A stretch of DNA of 64,000 bases from the NCBI GenBank assembly GCA_964477115.1, contig CAYZCY010000002.1:1917-65916 (forward strand), in the 5' to 3' direction. The notes beneath the pieces were generated by a model, which was not told the origin of the DNA, made no database searches, and worked only from the letters and a program-made list of their open reading frames with translations. Below are positions 18,939 through 28,529 of this stretch, one piece after another; the first letter of the stretch is position 1, and every line of letters begins with the position of its first letter. The DNA comes from an uncultured Eggerthellaceae bacterium (GTDB taxonomy: Bacteria; Actinomycetota; Coriobacteriia; Coriobacteriales; Eggerthellaceae). Made by a program: the position numbers and the translations under genes.

Positions 18939-20885
18939 CTAGATATCCATTGCGGCGTGGAAGGCCTCGTAGATCGCCGTAGTGATGTTAGCGGGACGAC
19001 GCGCGTCACCAACTACGCGGACAAACGGCGCCCCATCGTAGAGCTCTTCGACCACCGCGCTACGAGAACGCTGGCCTATAGCGCAGATCACGGTATCGCC
19101 AGGGATGAGGCGCTTTACGCCATCCTGCTCAACGACAACGCCCTCAGCTTTGACCTCGCAGGCGCAGGCATCGACAACGACGTCGATGTCGGCAGCTTCG
19201 ATTTCCGCGAGCAGAATCGGGCGTTGGCGGATGTTCGCATCGAGAGCGAGGCCTTCGCGCATTTCGATCACGTGGGCCTTCTTGCCAAGCTGGCTCATCA
19301 GAAGAGCGCATTCACTGCCCGTAAGGCCACCGCCCACGACAACTACCTCTTCACCAACCTCTGCCTTGTCGAGGTAGAGCTCGTCAATGGAAAGCACACG
19401 GGCGTCTGCGTCCACCGGCACGGGCAGTGTCATGGGTTCGGAGCCAACGGCGATTATCAGCGCATCGGGCGCAAAATCCTCAACGAAAGCGGCATCGACC
19501 AAGGTGTTCATGCGAACCTCAACGCCGGCCTGCTCGATAAGCCTCGCATAGCTCAGGCCGAGATTATACATATCCTCCTTGAAGGGAAGCGCCGCCTCAG
19601 TGCGCAAAATGCCGCCGAGTTCTGAGCTGGCTTCGCACAGGGTGACCGCATGTCCGCGAAGCGCCGCGGTCTCAGCAGCCTTCATGCCGGCAATGCCGCC
19701 GCCGACGACAAGCACCCTCTTGGGCTTAGCAGCAGGAGAGACGACCAAGCCCTCAAACTCTCGACCGATACGCGGGTTGATTGCGCAGCGTCGCGTTTGG
19801 GTGACGGGACGCTCGGCCATGCAGACATAGCAGCGCAGGCATTTTACAATCTCGTCGCCCGCATTCGCCATGATCTTGTTGGGGATCTCAGGATCAGCCA
19901 AAAGCGCACGACCCATAACCACCATATCCGCCTTGCCCTGCGCAATGATGTCCTCCATCTGCTGAGCATCAGAAAGGGCGCCAAGCGTGGCAACGGGAAC
20001 GCTTACGTGTTTCTTGATCTCCTCGGCCAGATATACGTTGCAACCATGCGCCCTGAACTGCGACGGATGGGTAATGGAGAAGCCGAACTGATAAGATCCT
20101 GCAGACACCTGGATGATGTCAACAAGATCCTCGAGTGCCTTGGCGATCTCAACGCCGTCAGCGAGCTCATATCCCCCTTCGAAGAGCTCTGAGCCGCTCA
20201 TGCGCAGCTCAATGGGGAAACGAGGTCCCACTTCTGCGCGAATGGCAGTGAGTATTTCGCGAGCGAAACGCACGCGGTTTTCAAGCGTTTTGCCATATTC
20301 GTCTTCACGCTTGTTGAAGTAAGGGGACAGGAACTGGTTGATGAGCCAACCATGTCCCGCATGCACCATGACCATTTCGAAACCGGCACGCTTGGCGAGA
20401 ACGGCGGCGTTTGCGTAGGCCTCCACGATAGACTTGATTTGCTCATGGGTAAGAGACTTGACCGGAATGCCGTCAGGGCGAGTTCCGTCACTCGGGCCGT
20501 ACATGCACAGCTCTGATTTTGCCTTCTTATCCACCATGTAGGTGCCGGCGTACTGGCCGGAATGAGAGAGCTCGATGCTGGCCACTGCACCATGACGTTT
20601 AATGGCGTCGGCAACGTAGGCAAATTGTCCGAGCTGACCCGGAGTTGAAAGGGAGAGATGAAGCATTTGGGACCCGTCGGTCTCCGGATGAACGACAAGC
20701 TCACTCACCGTGACGATAGCTGCACCGCCACGCGCGCGTGCCTCATAGAAACCCAGGGTGCGTGGACCGGGAGTTCCGTCAGCCAGAATGTCCGTTGCAC
20801 CCAGAGGCGCAGAGGCCATACGGTTACGAAGCGTGATACCGCCAATGCGCAGAGGTTTGCAAAGATTCGGGTAGATGCGTTCCAT
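18939..20885 (-). CDS. Old-yellow-enzyme/FadH-type NADH:flavin oxidoreductase with a Fe-S motif and an FAD/NAD(P) domain (2,4-dienoyl-CoA reductase / 2-enoate reductase family)
   Basis: OYE motif HAGHGWLINQFLSPYFNKREDEYG, Cys cluster CLRCYVCMAE..RRCAINP, and two Rossmann motifs (VLVVGGGIAGMKAA; VVVVGGGLTGSE). I place the start at the ATG at 20885 (GAGGGGGA RBS). The ORF track extends to 20918. Confidence 0.85.
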   Translation of the reverse strand: MERIYPNLCKPLRIGGITLRNRMASAPLGATDILADGTPGPRTLGFYEARARGGAAIVTVSELVVHPETDGSQMLHLSLSTPGQLGQFAYVADAIKRHGAVASIELSHSGQYAGTYMVDKKAKSELCMYGPSDGTRPDGIPVKSLTHEQIKSIVEAYANAAVLAKRAGFEMVMVHAGHGWLINQFLSPYFNKREDEYGKTLENRVRFAREILTAIRAEVGPRFPIELRMSGSELFEGGYELADGVEIAKALEDLVDIIQVSAGSYQFGFSITHPSQFRAHGCNVYLAEEIKKHVSVPVATLGALSDAQQMEDIIAQGKADMVVMGRALLADPEIPNKIMANAGDEIVKCLRCYVCMAERPVTQTRRCAINPRIGREFEGLVVSPAAKPKRVLVVGGGIAGMKAAETAALRGHAVTLCEASSELGGILRTEAALPFKEDMYNLGLSYARLIEQAGVEVRMNTLVDAAFVEDFAPDALIIAVGSEPMTLPVPVDADARVLSIDELYLDKAEVGEEVVVVGGGLTGSECALLMSQLGKKAHVIEMREGLALDANIRQRPILLAEIEAADIDVVVDACACEVKAEGVVVEQDGVKRLIPGDTVICAIGQRSRSAVVEELYDGAPFVRVVGDARRPANITTAIYEAFHAAMDI

Positions 20886-21097
20886 GGATTCCCCCTCTTT
20901 CTTGTGATTGCAGATCATGCGAATCGCTCTTTAAAGATATCTCCCTGCTTTCGTCTAACCACTTAAGACACTTGGCCAGTCGAAACACCTTGACAACTCA
21001 TAACTTGTCTATGTTCTCAAACTTTTGCATTAAATGCATCCAAACTGAGCAAATCGGCAGCCATAGCCTGAAGAGTCTGCTCTCGCAAACCAGCTTC

Positions 21098-21137
21098 CTA
21101 ATTAAAATTCCCCGCACTCTTTTGGAATACGGGGAAT
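21098..21137 (-). terminator. Intrinsic terminator downstream of serC
   Basis: An 8-bp stem (attccccg 21107-21114 / cggggaat 21130-21137) followed on the minus-strand RNA by UUUAAUUAGG. Confidence 0.7.
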
Positions 21138-21163
21138 AATTGAGTCGACCTACGGATCGGGGC

Positions 21164-22246
21164 TTAAGCGTGAGCTTCCTCAAACTCGGCCATGAACTTG
21201 ACCAGGGCCTCGACACCAGCCTTGGGCATGGCGTTGTAGATGGAGGCGCGCATACCGCCGACGCTGCGGTGGCCCTTGATGTTCTCAATGCCGACCTTCT
21301 TCGCCTCGGCCACGAATAGCGCGTCAAGTTCGGCGTCACCCGTGACGAAGGGAACGTTCATGATGGAACGGTCCTCCTTGCGAGCCGTTGCCTTGAAGAG
21401 CTTGGACTGGTCGAGGAAGTCGTAGAGAATGGCAGCCTTGTCTTCGTTGAGCTTCTTCATGCCCTCGAGACCGCCCTGGGCCTTGATCCACTTAAACACC
21501 AGTCCGCAAATATAGATGCCGTAGCACGGCGGGGTGTTGTAGAGGCTGCCGTTGTCTGCCTGGGTCTTGTACTTAAGCATGGTGGGAGTGCCGGGCAGCA
21601 CCTCATCGGTAACGAGGTCTTCGCGAACGATGACGATGGTCACGCCGGCGGGACCGACGTTCTTCTGTACACCACCGTAGATAAGACCGTATTCTGACAC
21701 GTTGATAGGCTCTGAGAGGAAACAGGAAGAGACGTCGGCAACCAGGGGCTTGCCCTTGGTGTCGGGCAGCTTGTGGTAGACGGTGCCGTAGATGGTTTCG
21801 TTCTGGCAAATGTAGACGTAGTCGGCATCTTCGGATACCTCGATAGCATCGACATCCGGGACATAGCTGAAGTTCTCGTCCTCGGATGTTGCCAGCAGCG
21901 TGATGTCACCGTAGATCTGAGCTTCCTTGTATGCCTTCTTAGACCAAGAGCCGGAAACGATATAGTCAGCCTTGCCCGTCTTCAAAAGGTTCATAGGAAT
22001 AGCCGCGAACTGCTGCGTGGCGCCTCCCTGAAGGAATAGCACCTTGTAATTCTCAGGGATGCCCATGATCTCGCGAAGGTCGGACTCGGCATCGGTGATG
22101 ATCTTCTTGAAGGCGGCAGATCGATGGCTCATCTCCATGACGGACATTCCCGTACCCTGATAGTCGAGCATTTCTTCCGCTGCCTGCTTGAGGACCTCCT
22201 CGGGCAGAACCGCCGGTCCTGCCGCAAAGTTATACACCCTTGCCAT
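21164..22246 (-). CDS. serC: Phosphoserine aminotransferase
   Basis: 360 aa. The N-terminal YNFAAGPAVLPEEVL..GTGMSVMEMSHRS is typical of SerC. AAGGAG RBS. Confidence 0.95.
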   Translation of the reverse strand: MARVYNFAAGPAVLPEEVLKQAAEEMLDYQGTGMSVMEMSHRSAAFKKIITDAESDLREIMGIPENYKVLFLQGGATQQFAAIPMNLLKTGKADYIVSGSWSKKAYKEAQIYGDITLLATSEDENFSYVPDVDAIEVSEDADYVYICQNETIYGTVYHKLPDTKGKPLVADVSSCFLSEPINVSEYGLIYGGVQKNVGPAGVTIVIVREDLVTDEVLPGTPTMLKYKTQADNGSLYNTPPCYGIYICGLVFKWIKAQGGLEGMKKLNEDKAAILYDFLDQSKLFKATARKEDRSIMNVPFVTGDAELDALFVAEAKKVGIENIKGHRSVGGMRASIYNAMPKAGVEALVKFMAEFEEAHA

Positions 22247-22369
22247 CTTTTACTCCTTTTCCTGTTTCCTGAACATCCTCGCGCCGAGAGCCAAAACGGC
22301 GCGAAAGTTAGCTAAATATTTTATATCGATCACAGGATAACGGGGAGTAATGTTTCTTATTGTTAACGC

Positions 22370-22389
22370 ACAAATTGCCACAAATTGCC
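22370..22389. repeat. Perfect tandem duplication of a 10-bp unit (acaaattgcc x2) in the serC upstream region
   Basis: Read directly: 22370-22379 and 22380-22389 are identical. The repeat lies between the upstream terminator hairpin and serC. Confidence 0.9.
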
Positions 22390-22394
22390 CTGAA

Positions 22395-22429
22395 ATGTTG
22401 AACAGAGGGCCGATGTACTATCGGCCCTC
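22395..22429 (-). terminator. Intrinsic terminator downstream of the lipoprotein gene
   Basis: A 10-bp stem (gagggccgat 22405-22414 / atcggccctc 22420-22429) with a 5-nt loop and a moderately U-rich tail. Confidence 0.6.
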
Positions 22430-22485
22430 GAATAAGCCTCTGCATTTGATTTAGGCTAATGTGCAATTTAGCCAGCTGCAAAGGT

Positions 22486-23013
22486 TCAGGATAGGATTCC
22501 GAAGCTTTCCTTGACGGTATTGACCGCAGCGTCAATCTTGGCAGCGAGGTTTTCTCCCCCGGATTTCAGGGTGTAGTACTCGTCATCGGTCAGATAGCCG
22601 TTCGCATGGGCGGCCTCAATGGCATCCTCGAGATGACCGAGCTCTTCGTCGAGGTTATCAAGCGGAATGACAGCCTCATCGTAGACCCTCGTTTTCTGCT
22701 CGCTGTCAGCGGGAACGCTTACGGCCTGCGCTGCGCGAGCTGCCTCGTCGACGCGTTTGTCGATATCGGAGAGGTACTTGTCGTAGGTGGCATAGTCCTC
22801 GGTGTCGCTGTAGGTTTTCACGGCATCACTGGCTTCTTCGGCCTTGGTGACCATCTTGTCCTCAAGGACCTTAACGCGTGATTCCAGATCATCGATTCGC
22901 TCGCTGACGTCCTGACCCACCGTCGAAGAGCATCCGGTTGCGATCAAGGCGAAAACGCAGGCAAGAACGGCGACTGCCGCAAGGGATGTTATCGGTTTTG
23001 CAATTGCCTTCAT
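22486..23013 (-). CDS. Hypothetical lipoprotein
   Basis: 175 aa with a signal peptide and lipobox (VFALIATGC). The remainder is acidic, helical-looking and of no recognised family. RBS GAAAGG. Confidence 0.7.
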   Translation of the reverse strand: MKAIAKPITSLAAVAVLACVFALIATGCSSTVGQDVSERIDDLESRVKVLEDKMVTKAEEASDAVKTYSDTEDYATYDKYLSDIDKRVDEAARAAQAVSVPADSEQKTRVYDEAVIPLDNLDEELGHLEDAIEAAHANGYLTDDEYYTLKSGGENLAAKIDAAVNTVKESFGILS

Positions 23014-23069
23014 TTGAGCACCTTTCTACTGGCTTAAACCTGTAGAACACAGCATCATCCAAAAGCGAG

Positions 23070-23109
23070 ATCGGAAAAGAAAAGACGCCGCACCCGTAGG
23101 CACGGCGTC
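23070..23109 (-). terminator. Intrinsic terminator downstream of the 2-hydroxyacid dehydrogenase gene
   Basis: Stem gacgccg (23084-23090) / cggcgtc (23103-23109), followed on the minus-strand RNA by UUUUCUUUUCC. Confidence 0.75.
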
Positions 23110-23136
23110 ATGTAAAGGTAAGCAAGCAGTTGATTG

Positions 23137-24120
23137 CTAGTTCACGCGGTTGATCGGCTCCTCACCCGAAATAACGCGCTCAATGTTTTCCCACACCGTC
23201 TTGTGTGCACGGTAGAACATGCCCTCGGATACTCCTCCGATATGCGGCGAGAAAACGATGCGCTTCTCGAATTCGGCGGGAAGGTGTAGCAGCGGGTTAT
23301 CGGACTTCACCGGTTCGGGATAGAGCGTATCGAGGCCGGCAGCGGACAGATGGCCGGTGATGATGGCCTCCTTCAACGCCTGCTGGTCGACTACTTCACC
23401 GCGTGCCGTGTTGATAAGGATAGAGCCGCACTTCATCTTGCGGATGAAGTTTCCGTCCACAAGACCCGTGGTCTCAGAAGTGACGGGGACGTGGATGCTC
23501 ACGATGTCACAGGATGCGAGAAGCTCGTCAAGATCGACGTAGCGTGCGCCGAAGCGCTCTTCATCCTCTGCGCTCAGGGGTGTGCGTTTGTTGTAAACCA
23601 TGTCGCAACCCCAAGCGGAAAGGCGAAGCGAGGTAGCTTGGGCGATAGAGCCAAAACCGATGAATCCAATCTTGCAGTCTCCGAGTTCGCGGAAGCCCTC
23701 AACCATCATGCGCTCTTTTTTCTGGATCTGACGGCCAGCGCGCACAGCCGCGTCGCCCGCAATGGCATCACGCAGACACGCGAGCATGAGCATGATGGCC
23801 TGCTCTGCAACAGCTCCGGCGTTCACGCCGGCGTTGTTGCAGACGGCGATACCAGCTTCTTTGGCGGCCGCGCAGTCAATGCGGTTGAAGGCAACACCTT
23901 CGGAATGGATAAGCTTGAGATTCGGCATGCCCGCAATGAGATCCGCGCTCACAGCGCTAATGGCGTCTGCCATGATGAAGTCAGCGTCAGCTGCGAGCTC
24001 CAAAACATCCTCATCCAAGGATCCGCGAGCCGCAACCACAATCTCGACATCTTTGACGATATCCATATCGGGCAGATACTTGCTCGTCCTCTTTGCGTCT
24101 CCAATGACCAGAAGCTTCAT
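23137..24120 (-). CDS. D-isomer-specific 2-hydroxyacid dehydrogenase (short phosphoglycerate-dehydrogenase-like enzyme, no ACT domain)
   Basis: Motifs GFIGFGSIAQ, HVPVTSETTGLV, INTARGEVVD and SPHIGG. I place the start at the ATG at 24120 (MKLLVIGD, RBS GGAAAGGA). The longer track ORF would overlap the upstream gene. Confidence 0.85.
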   Translation of the reverse strand: MKLLVIGDAKRTSKYLPDMDIVKDVEIVVAARGSLDEDVLELAADADFIMADAISAVSADLIAGMPNLKLIHSEGVAFNRIDCAAAKEAGIAVCNNAGVNAGAVAEQAIMLMLACLRDAIAGDAAVRAGRQIQKKERMMVEGFRELGDCKIGFIGFGSIAQATSLRLSAWGCDMVYNKRTPLSAEDEERFGARYVDLDELLASCDIVSIHVPVTSETTGLVDGNFIRKMKCGSILINTARGEVVDQQALKEAIITGHLSAAGLDTLYPEPVKSDNPLLHLPAEFEKRIVFSPHIGGVSEGMFYRAHKTVWENIERVISGEEPINRVN

Positions 24121-24148
24121 ATCGCAATCCTTTCCTGTAGCCAAAGGC

Positions 24149-24985
24149 TTAGACGTCCATTCTTTCAACCACGCCTGCGACAAGGCGCTCGAAGTCAGCA
24201 GCGCGCTTGTCGGCCACCTCGAGAACCTCCATGTCGTTGGGATTCGAGCTTTCCACACCACACGCCATGTTGCTCACCAGATTGATGCCGAGCACCTTGA
24301 TGCCGACATGGCGGGCGGCGATTACTTCTTCGACAACCGACATGGCAACCGTATCAGCGCCCCAAGCGCGGAAGGCCCTGATCTCGGCAGGGCTTTCAAA
24401 GCTCGGTCCCAGAAGGCCCAGGTACACGCCTTCCTGCACGCGAATACCGCACTCATCAGCAACTTGGCGAGCCAAGGCACGAAGCTCGGGATCATAGGCC
24501 TCGTACATGGAAAAGAACCTGAAAGCGATTTCATTGGGGTCGGCACCTGCAATGGGATTTCGGCCCGTGAAGTTAATGTGGTCGGTAATGATGTTGAAGT
24601 CGCCGACGCTGTAGCTTGCGTTTATAGCGCCAGCGGCATTGGTGGTGATGAGGCTCTTAACCCCAAGCATGCTCATCAGCCATACAGGATAGGCAACTTG
24701 CTGGGCGCTGTAACCCTCGTATCCGTGAAGGCGGCCCTGCATAGCGATAACGCATTTGCCGGAAAGCGTTCCGCACACAAAACGGCCGACATGGCTCGTA
24801 GCCGTGCTGCGTTTCATATAGGGGATCTCGGCGAAGGGAATACACACCGCATCCTCGATGCGATTGGCCAAAGGCCCCAAACCAGAACCCAGAATGATGC
24901 CGACGACAGGACGCCTGCCTTCGAGTCTTTCGTCAAGGACCGAGCAGGATTCTTCCAACATAGCCTTAAGGTTCATCTGCTTCAT
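24149..24985 (-). CDS. punA: Purine nucleoside phosphorylase (trimeric PNP family)
   Basis: 278 aa with GIILGSGLG..., GRFVCGTLSGKCVIAMQGRLHGYEGY and the VVEEVIAARHVG region. RBS GAAAGG. Confidence 0.9.
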   Translation of the reverse strand: MKQMNLKAMLEESCSVLDERLEGRRPVVGIILGSGLGPLANRIEDAVCIPFAEIPYMKRSTATSHVGRFVCGTLSGKCVIAMQGRLHGYEGYSAQQVAYPVWLMSMLGVKSLITTNAAGAINASYSVGDFNIITDHINFTGRNPIAGADPNEIAFRFFSMYEAYDPELRALARQVADECGIRVQEGVYLGLLGPSFESPAEIRAFRAWGADTVAMSVVEEVIAARHVGIKVLGINLVSNMACGVESSNPNDMEVLEVADKRAADFERLVAGVVERMDV

Positions 24986-25060
24986 TGATCACCTTTCTAA
25001 ACACGTGCCGGCCAAGCTATCCGAAGCACAGGGCATCAGCTCGTCTTATCGGCAACAAAT

Positions 25061-26068
25061 CTACTCCATGCAAGGTTTCCGCGCGGTTAAAATGCGAGGC
25101 TTGCCAACCAGGTCATAAACGATGCGCACATCCACATAGCCTGCGGCACGCGCAAGATGAGCAGCCTCGTCAAGGCAGGTCTCATGCAGCTCACAGGCAA
25201 AGATACCCCCCGACTTCAACGCCACGAGCACCCACGGTAGCAAACGGCGATACAAATCAAGGCCGTCTTGTCCGCCATCGAGGGCTAGAGCGGGCTCGAA
25301 ATCAGCAACTTCTCGAGGAACCTCAGCCATGACGGCGCTGGGAACATAAGGCGGATTGCTCACAACGGCGTCAAAGCAGCCGATCTTGTCCTCGGGGACA
25401 GCTGCCCCCAGATCACCGCGGTAAAGCGTAACCCGATCCGCCAGGTCGAGACTCTCAATGTTTTCGTGCGCGAGGTCACAGGCTTCGGCCGAAATGTCCG
25501 TCGCAATGACGTCAATCAAGGGATGCTCGTATGCAAGCGAGCAGGCAATGCAGCCAGAACCAGTGCAGATGTCAGCCACCAGCAGCCTCTCGGGCTCAAG
25601 GGCCCGCACGCGCCAAGCTTCGCCGTCAGAATCCTCTTCGGACAAAGCCGAGGCAGCCTCATCGGAGGTTACGGGATCGAGCGACATCTCAGCGAGAAAC
25701 TCCGCACAGCGGGGACGTTCGGCAGAAGGTAGACCCGCCAAGACCTCGCTCACCAAAACTTCGGTTTCAGGACGCGGGATCAAGACACCGGGACGCACCT
25801 TAAGCGTGATATGGCGAAAAGCCGCTTCACCGGTGATGTACTGCAGAGGCTCCCCCCTACCCCGGCGCGTAACGTAGCCGCGTAAAACATCGCGCTCGGC
25901 AAGCGTAAGGGGGCGCTCGAAGTTCATATAGAGCTCGATGCGCGAAAGCCCGGTGGCCTCGGAAAGCAGCCACTGCGCCGATACAAGCGGCGTGGCATCA
26001 CCCTTGCGCTCAAGGTAACCGGCCGTCCAATCAAGGGCGGCCTTAACTGTCCAAATCTCGGTAGACAC
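25061..26068 (-). CDS. prmC: Release-factor glutamine N5-methyltransferase
   Basis: 335 aa with the VVSNPPYVP motif and a SAM-binding DICTGSGCIA. It lies directly downstream of prfA (3-nt gap). GTG start. Confidence 0.9.
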   Translation of the reverse strand: MSTEIWTVKAALDWTAGYLERKGDATPLVSAQWLLSEATGLSRIELYMNFERPLTLAERDVLRGYVTRRGRGEPLQYITGEAAFRHITLKVRPGVLIPRPETEVLVSEVLAGLPSAERPRCAEFLAEMSLDPVTSDEAASALSEEDSDGEAWRVRALEPERLLVADICTGSGCIACSLAYEHPLIDVIATDISAEACDLAHENIESLDLADRVTLYRGDLGAAVPEDKIGCFDAVVSNPPYVPSAVMAEVPREVADFEPALALDGGQDGLDLYRRLLPWVLVALKSGGIFACELHETCLDEAAHLARAAGYVDVRIVYDLVGKPRILTARKPCME

Positions 26069-26071
26069 GAA

Positions 26072-27151
26072 CTACTCGACAGCGTTTTCAAGCTTCTGAG
26101 CGCGGTCGGCAGCCTGAAGGGCCGTGATAAGCTCCTGAAGGCCCGCACCGCCGGCACCGAGAAGCACGCCATTGTAAGTACCGTTGTAGCCAATGCGATG
26201 ATCGGTCACGCGATCCTGCGGGCCGTTGTAGGTGCGGATCTTTTCCGCGCGGTCACCGGAGCCGATCTGGGCAAGACGCTGTGCGCCCTCGGCAGCCTGC
26301 TGCTCGGCAAGCATCTTTTCATAGAGGCGTGCGCGAAGAACGGCCATCGCCGCAATCTTGTTCTGCAGCTGAGACTTCTGGTCCTGAGACTGAACCACAA
26401 CACCCGTGGGAAGATGGGTGATGCGGACAGCGGAGTCGGTGGTGTTAACGCACTGACCACCCGGGCCGCCGGCGCGATACACATCAATGCGAAGATCGTT
26501 TTCATGGATCTCGACCTCAACCTCATCCGCCTCAGGCAAAACGGCAACGGTTGCCGTAGAAGTATGAATACGACCTTGGCTTTCGGTTTTAGGAACGCGC
26601 TGAACGCGGTGCACACCAGACTCGAACTTCATGACGGAGAAGACTTTGTCGCCCTTCACCTTGAACTGAATCTCCTTATAACCGCCAGCCTCGGATGCGG
26701 AGACATCCATGGTTTCGGTCTTCCAGCCCTGCTCTGAGGCAAAGCGCATATACATCTTGTAAAGATCACCCGCAAAGATTGCCGCCTCGTCACCGCCTGC
26801 TGCTGCGCGGATTTCAACGATGATGTCCTTTTCATCAGCGGGATCGCTCGGAATGAGCATGAACTTGATATCTTCCTCAAGCTGCGGAAGCCGAGATTCG
26901 ATCTCAGAGATCTCCTCCTGGGCGAACTCCTTCATATCCGGGTCGGAAAGCATCTCCTTGGCTGCCTCCAGATCCTCGATAGCTCGCACGTACTCGGTTG
27001 CCTTCTTGGCAAGGGGGCCCTGGTTTGCATATTCCTTAGCCAGGCGGTTGTACTCCTTCTGGTTTGCAAGAACGGCGGGATCACCCATCTTCATCTGGAG
27101 TTCCTCGTAAGCGGAAATGATCTTAACGAGCTTATCGCGCATATCAGACAT
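26072..27151 (-). CDS. prfA: Peptide chain release factor 1
   Basis: GGQ motif ([25 protein letters not shown]) and a PxT-type loop (VPKTES). I place the start at the ATG at 27151 (MSDMRDK, AAAGGA 8 nt upstream). The track ORF extends to 27232. Confidence 0.95.
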   Translation of the reverse strand: MSDMRDKLVKIISAYEELQMKMGDPAVLANQKEYNRLAKEYANQGPLAKKATEYVRAIEDLEAAKEMLSDPDMKEFAQEEISEIESRLPQLEEDIKFMLIPSDPADEKDIIVEIRAAAGGDEAAIFAGDLYKMYMRFASEQGWKTETMDVSASEAGGYKEIQFKVKGDKVFSVMKFESGVHRVQRVPKTESQGRIHTSTATVAVLPEADEVEVEIHENDLRIDVYRAGGPGGQCVNTTDSAVRITHLPTGVVVQSQDQKSQLQNKIAAMAVLRARLYEKMLAEQQAAEGAQRLAQIGSGDRAEKIRTYNGPQDRVTDHRIGYNGTYNGVLLGAGGAGLQELITALQAADRAQKLENAVE

Positions 27152-27413
27152 ATCTAGCATCCTTTTAAGGTAAGTGGTGAATTTCAAGCAACTGAGCATT
27201 TTACCAGAATGAAGCGAACATACCCGACACACACATCCAATAGCAATAGAACTGCGAAACGCACTGATTAGTCCCGCGAAGACGAATTAGGATGCCGCGC
27301 AAGGAGAAATTCGTTCATTGGGCAAATGAATGGTGATCAGAAATACGATGAATGGGTAAGATAGAAAGGACGTTCAAAGTCCTATGCATTTTGCACTACG
27401 AAGGGAGATATCA

Positions 27414-28430
27414 ATGGCGATCAGGGTTGGCATCAACGGATTTGGCCGCATTGGACGCTTGGTGTTCCGCTCCATGGCTGGCGACCCCGATATTGAGATC
27501 GTTGCCGTTAATGGCTCCGCAGACTATGAGACCATGGTTCACCTTATCAAGTACGACACCATTCAGGGTCCTGCTTTCGAATACGCCCACGCTGTGCGCG
27601 ACGGCTTTGTCGTCGACGGCCACCACGTCAAAGTTGTCTATGACCGCAACCCCGCAAACCTTCCTTGGAAGAAGCTTGGCGTTGACGTTGTTCTCGAGTC
27701 CACTGGCGCATTCTGCGATGCAAACAAATCCCAGGCTCATATCGATGCCGGCGCTAAGAAGGTCATCATCACCGCTCCTGGCAAGAATGAGGACCTCACC
27801 GTTGTCATGGGTGTCAACGATCATCTCTATGATCCCGAAAAGCACCATATCGTTTCCAACGCTTCCTGCACCACCAACTGCCTTGCTCCCGTCGCTAAGG
27901 TCCTTCTCGAGGAATTCGGCATCGAACGCGGCTTCATGAACACCATCCACGCCTACACGGGTGGCCAGAAACTTCAGGATGCCGCCCATAAGGATCTTCG
28001 TCGTGCACGTGCTGCCAATATGTCTATGATTCCGACCACCACAGGCGCCGCTCGCGCCGTGGCAAAGGTTCTACCCGAGCTCGCAGGCAAACTTGACGGT
28101 TTTGCAACCCGTGTTCCCACCCCCGACGGATCTATGGTCAACCTGACTGCCGTCCTTGGTAGCGAGGTTACCGTTGACGACGTCAACATGGCCATGCGCG
28201 CCGCAGCCTACGGCCCGCTCAAGGGCATCCTGCGCTACACCGAGGACCCCATCGTCTCCAACGACGTCATCGGCGATGCGCACTCCTCTATCTTCGACGC
28301 TTCCCTCACCAAGGTTATGAACGGTAAGGGCAACTACGAAAAGGGTGACATGATCAACCTGGTTTCCTGGTATGACAACGAGTGGGGCTACTCCAACCGC
28401 CTCAAGGACCTCGTCAAGATCATGATGTAG
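27414..28430 (+). CDS. gap: Type I glyceraldehyde-3-phosphate dehydrogenase
   Basis: MAIRVGINGFGRIGR at the N-terminus and the active site SNASCTTNCLAP. RBS AAGGGAGA. The track ORF starts 30 nt earlier. Confidence 0.95.
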   Translation: MAIRVGINGFGRIGRLVFRSMAGDPDIEIVAVNGSADYETMVHLIKYDTIQGPAFEYAHAVRDGFVVDGHHVKVVYDRNPANLPWKKLGVDVVLESTGAFCDANKSQAHIDAGAKKVIITAPGKNEDLTVVMGVNDHLYDPEKHHIVSNASCTTNCLAPVAKVLLEEFGIERGFMNTIHAYTGGQKLQDAAHKDLRRARAANMSMIPTTTGAARAVAKVLPELAGKLDGFATRVPTPDGSMVNLTAVLGSEVTVDDVNMAMRAAAYGPLKGILRYTEDPIVSNDVIGDAHSSIFDASLTKVMNGKGNYEKGDMINLVSWYDNEWGYSNRLKDLVKIMM

Positions 28431-28470
28431 CTCTTGGAGAAGCTAAGCGCAGTTCTGATTTCAGATCGCA

Positions 28471-28508
28471 AAAGACGCCGTCGGTCATTCCGGCGGCGTC
28501 TATGTTTG
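28471..28508. terminator. Bidirectional terminator between the convergent genes gap and trxB
   Basis: Stem gacgccgtcgg / ccggcggcgtc (11 bp with 1 mismatch) and loop tcatt. An A-tract lies 5' and a T-rich stretch 3'. Confidence 0.7.
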
Positions 28509-28529
28509 AGGGAACAAGTTTTCAGGGAG

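Noticed and set aside
23137-24261. 5'-extended versions of several track ORFs: the 2-hydroxyacid dehydrogenase to 24261, thyX to 61910, prfA to 27232, thrS to 32083, clpP to 37770 and the reductase to 20918.
   Set aside because: Some extensions overlap the upstream gene (2-hydroxyacid dehydrogenase, thyX), and the extensions I checked for an RBS (thrS, topA, tig) have none. In every case an internal ATG preceded by a good SD gives the N-terminus typical of the family, so I trimmed the coordinates.
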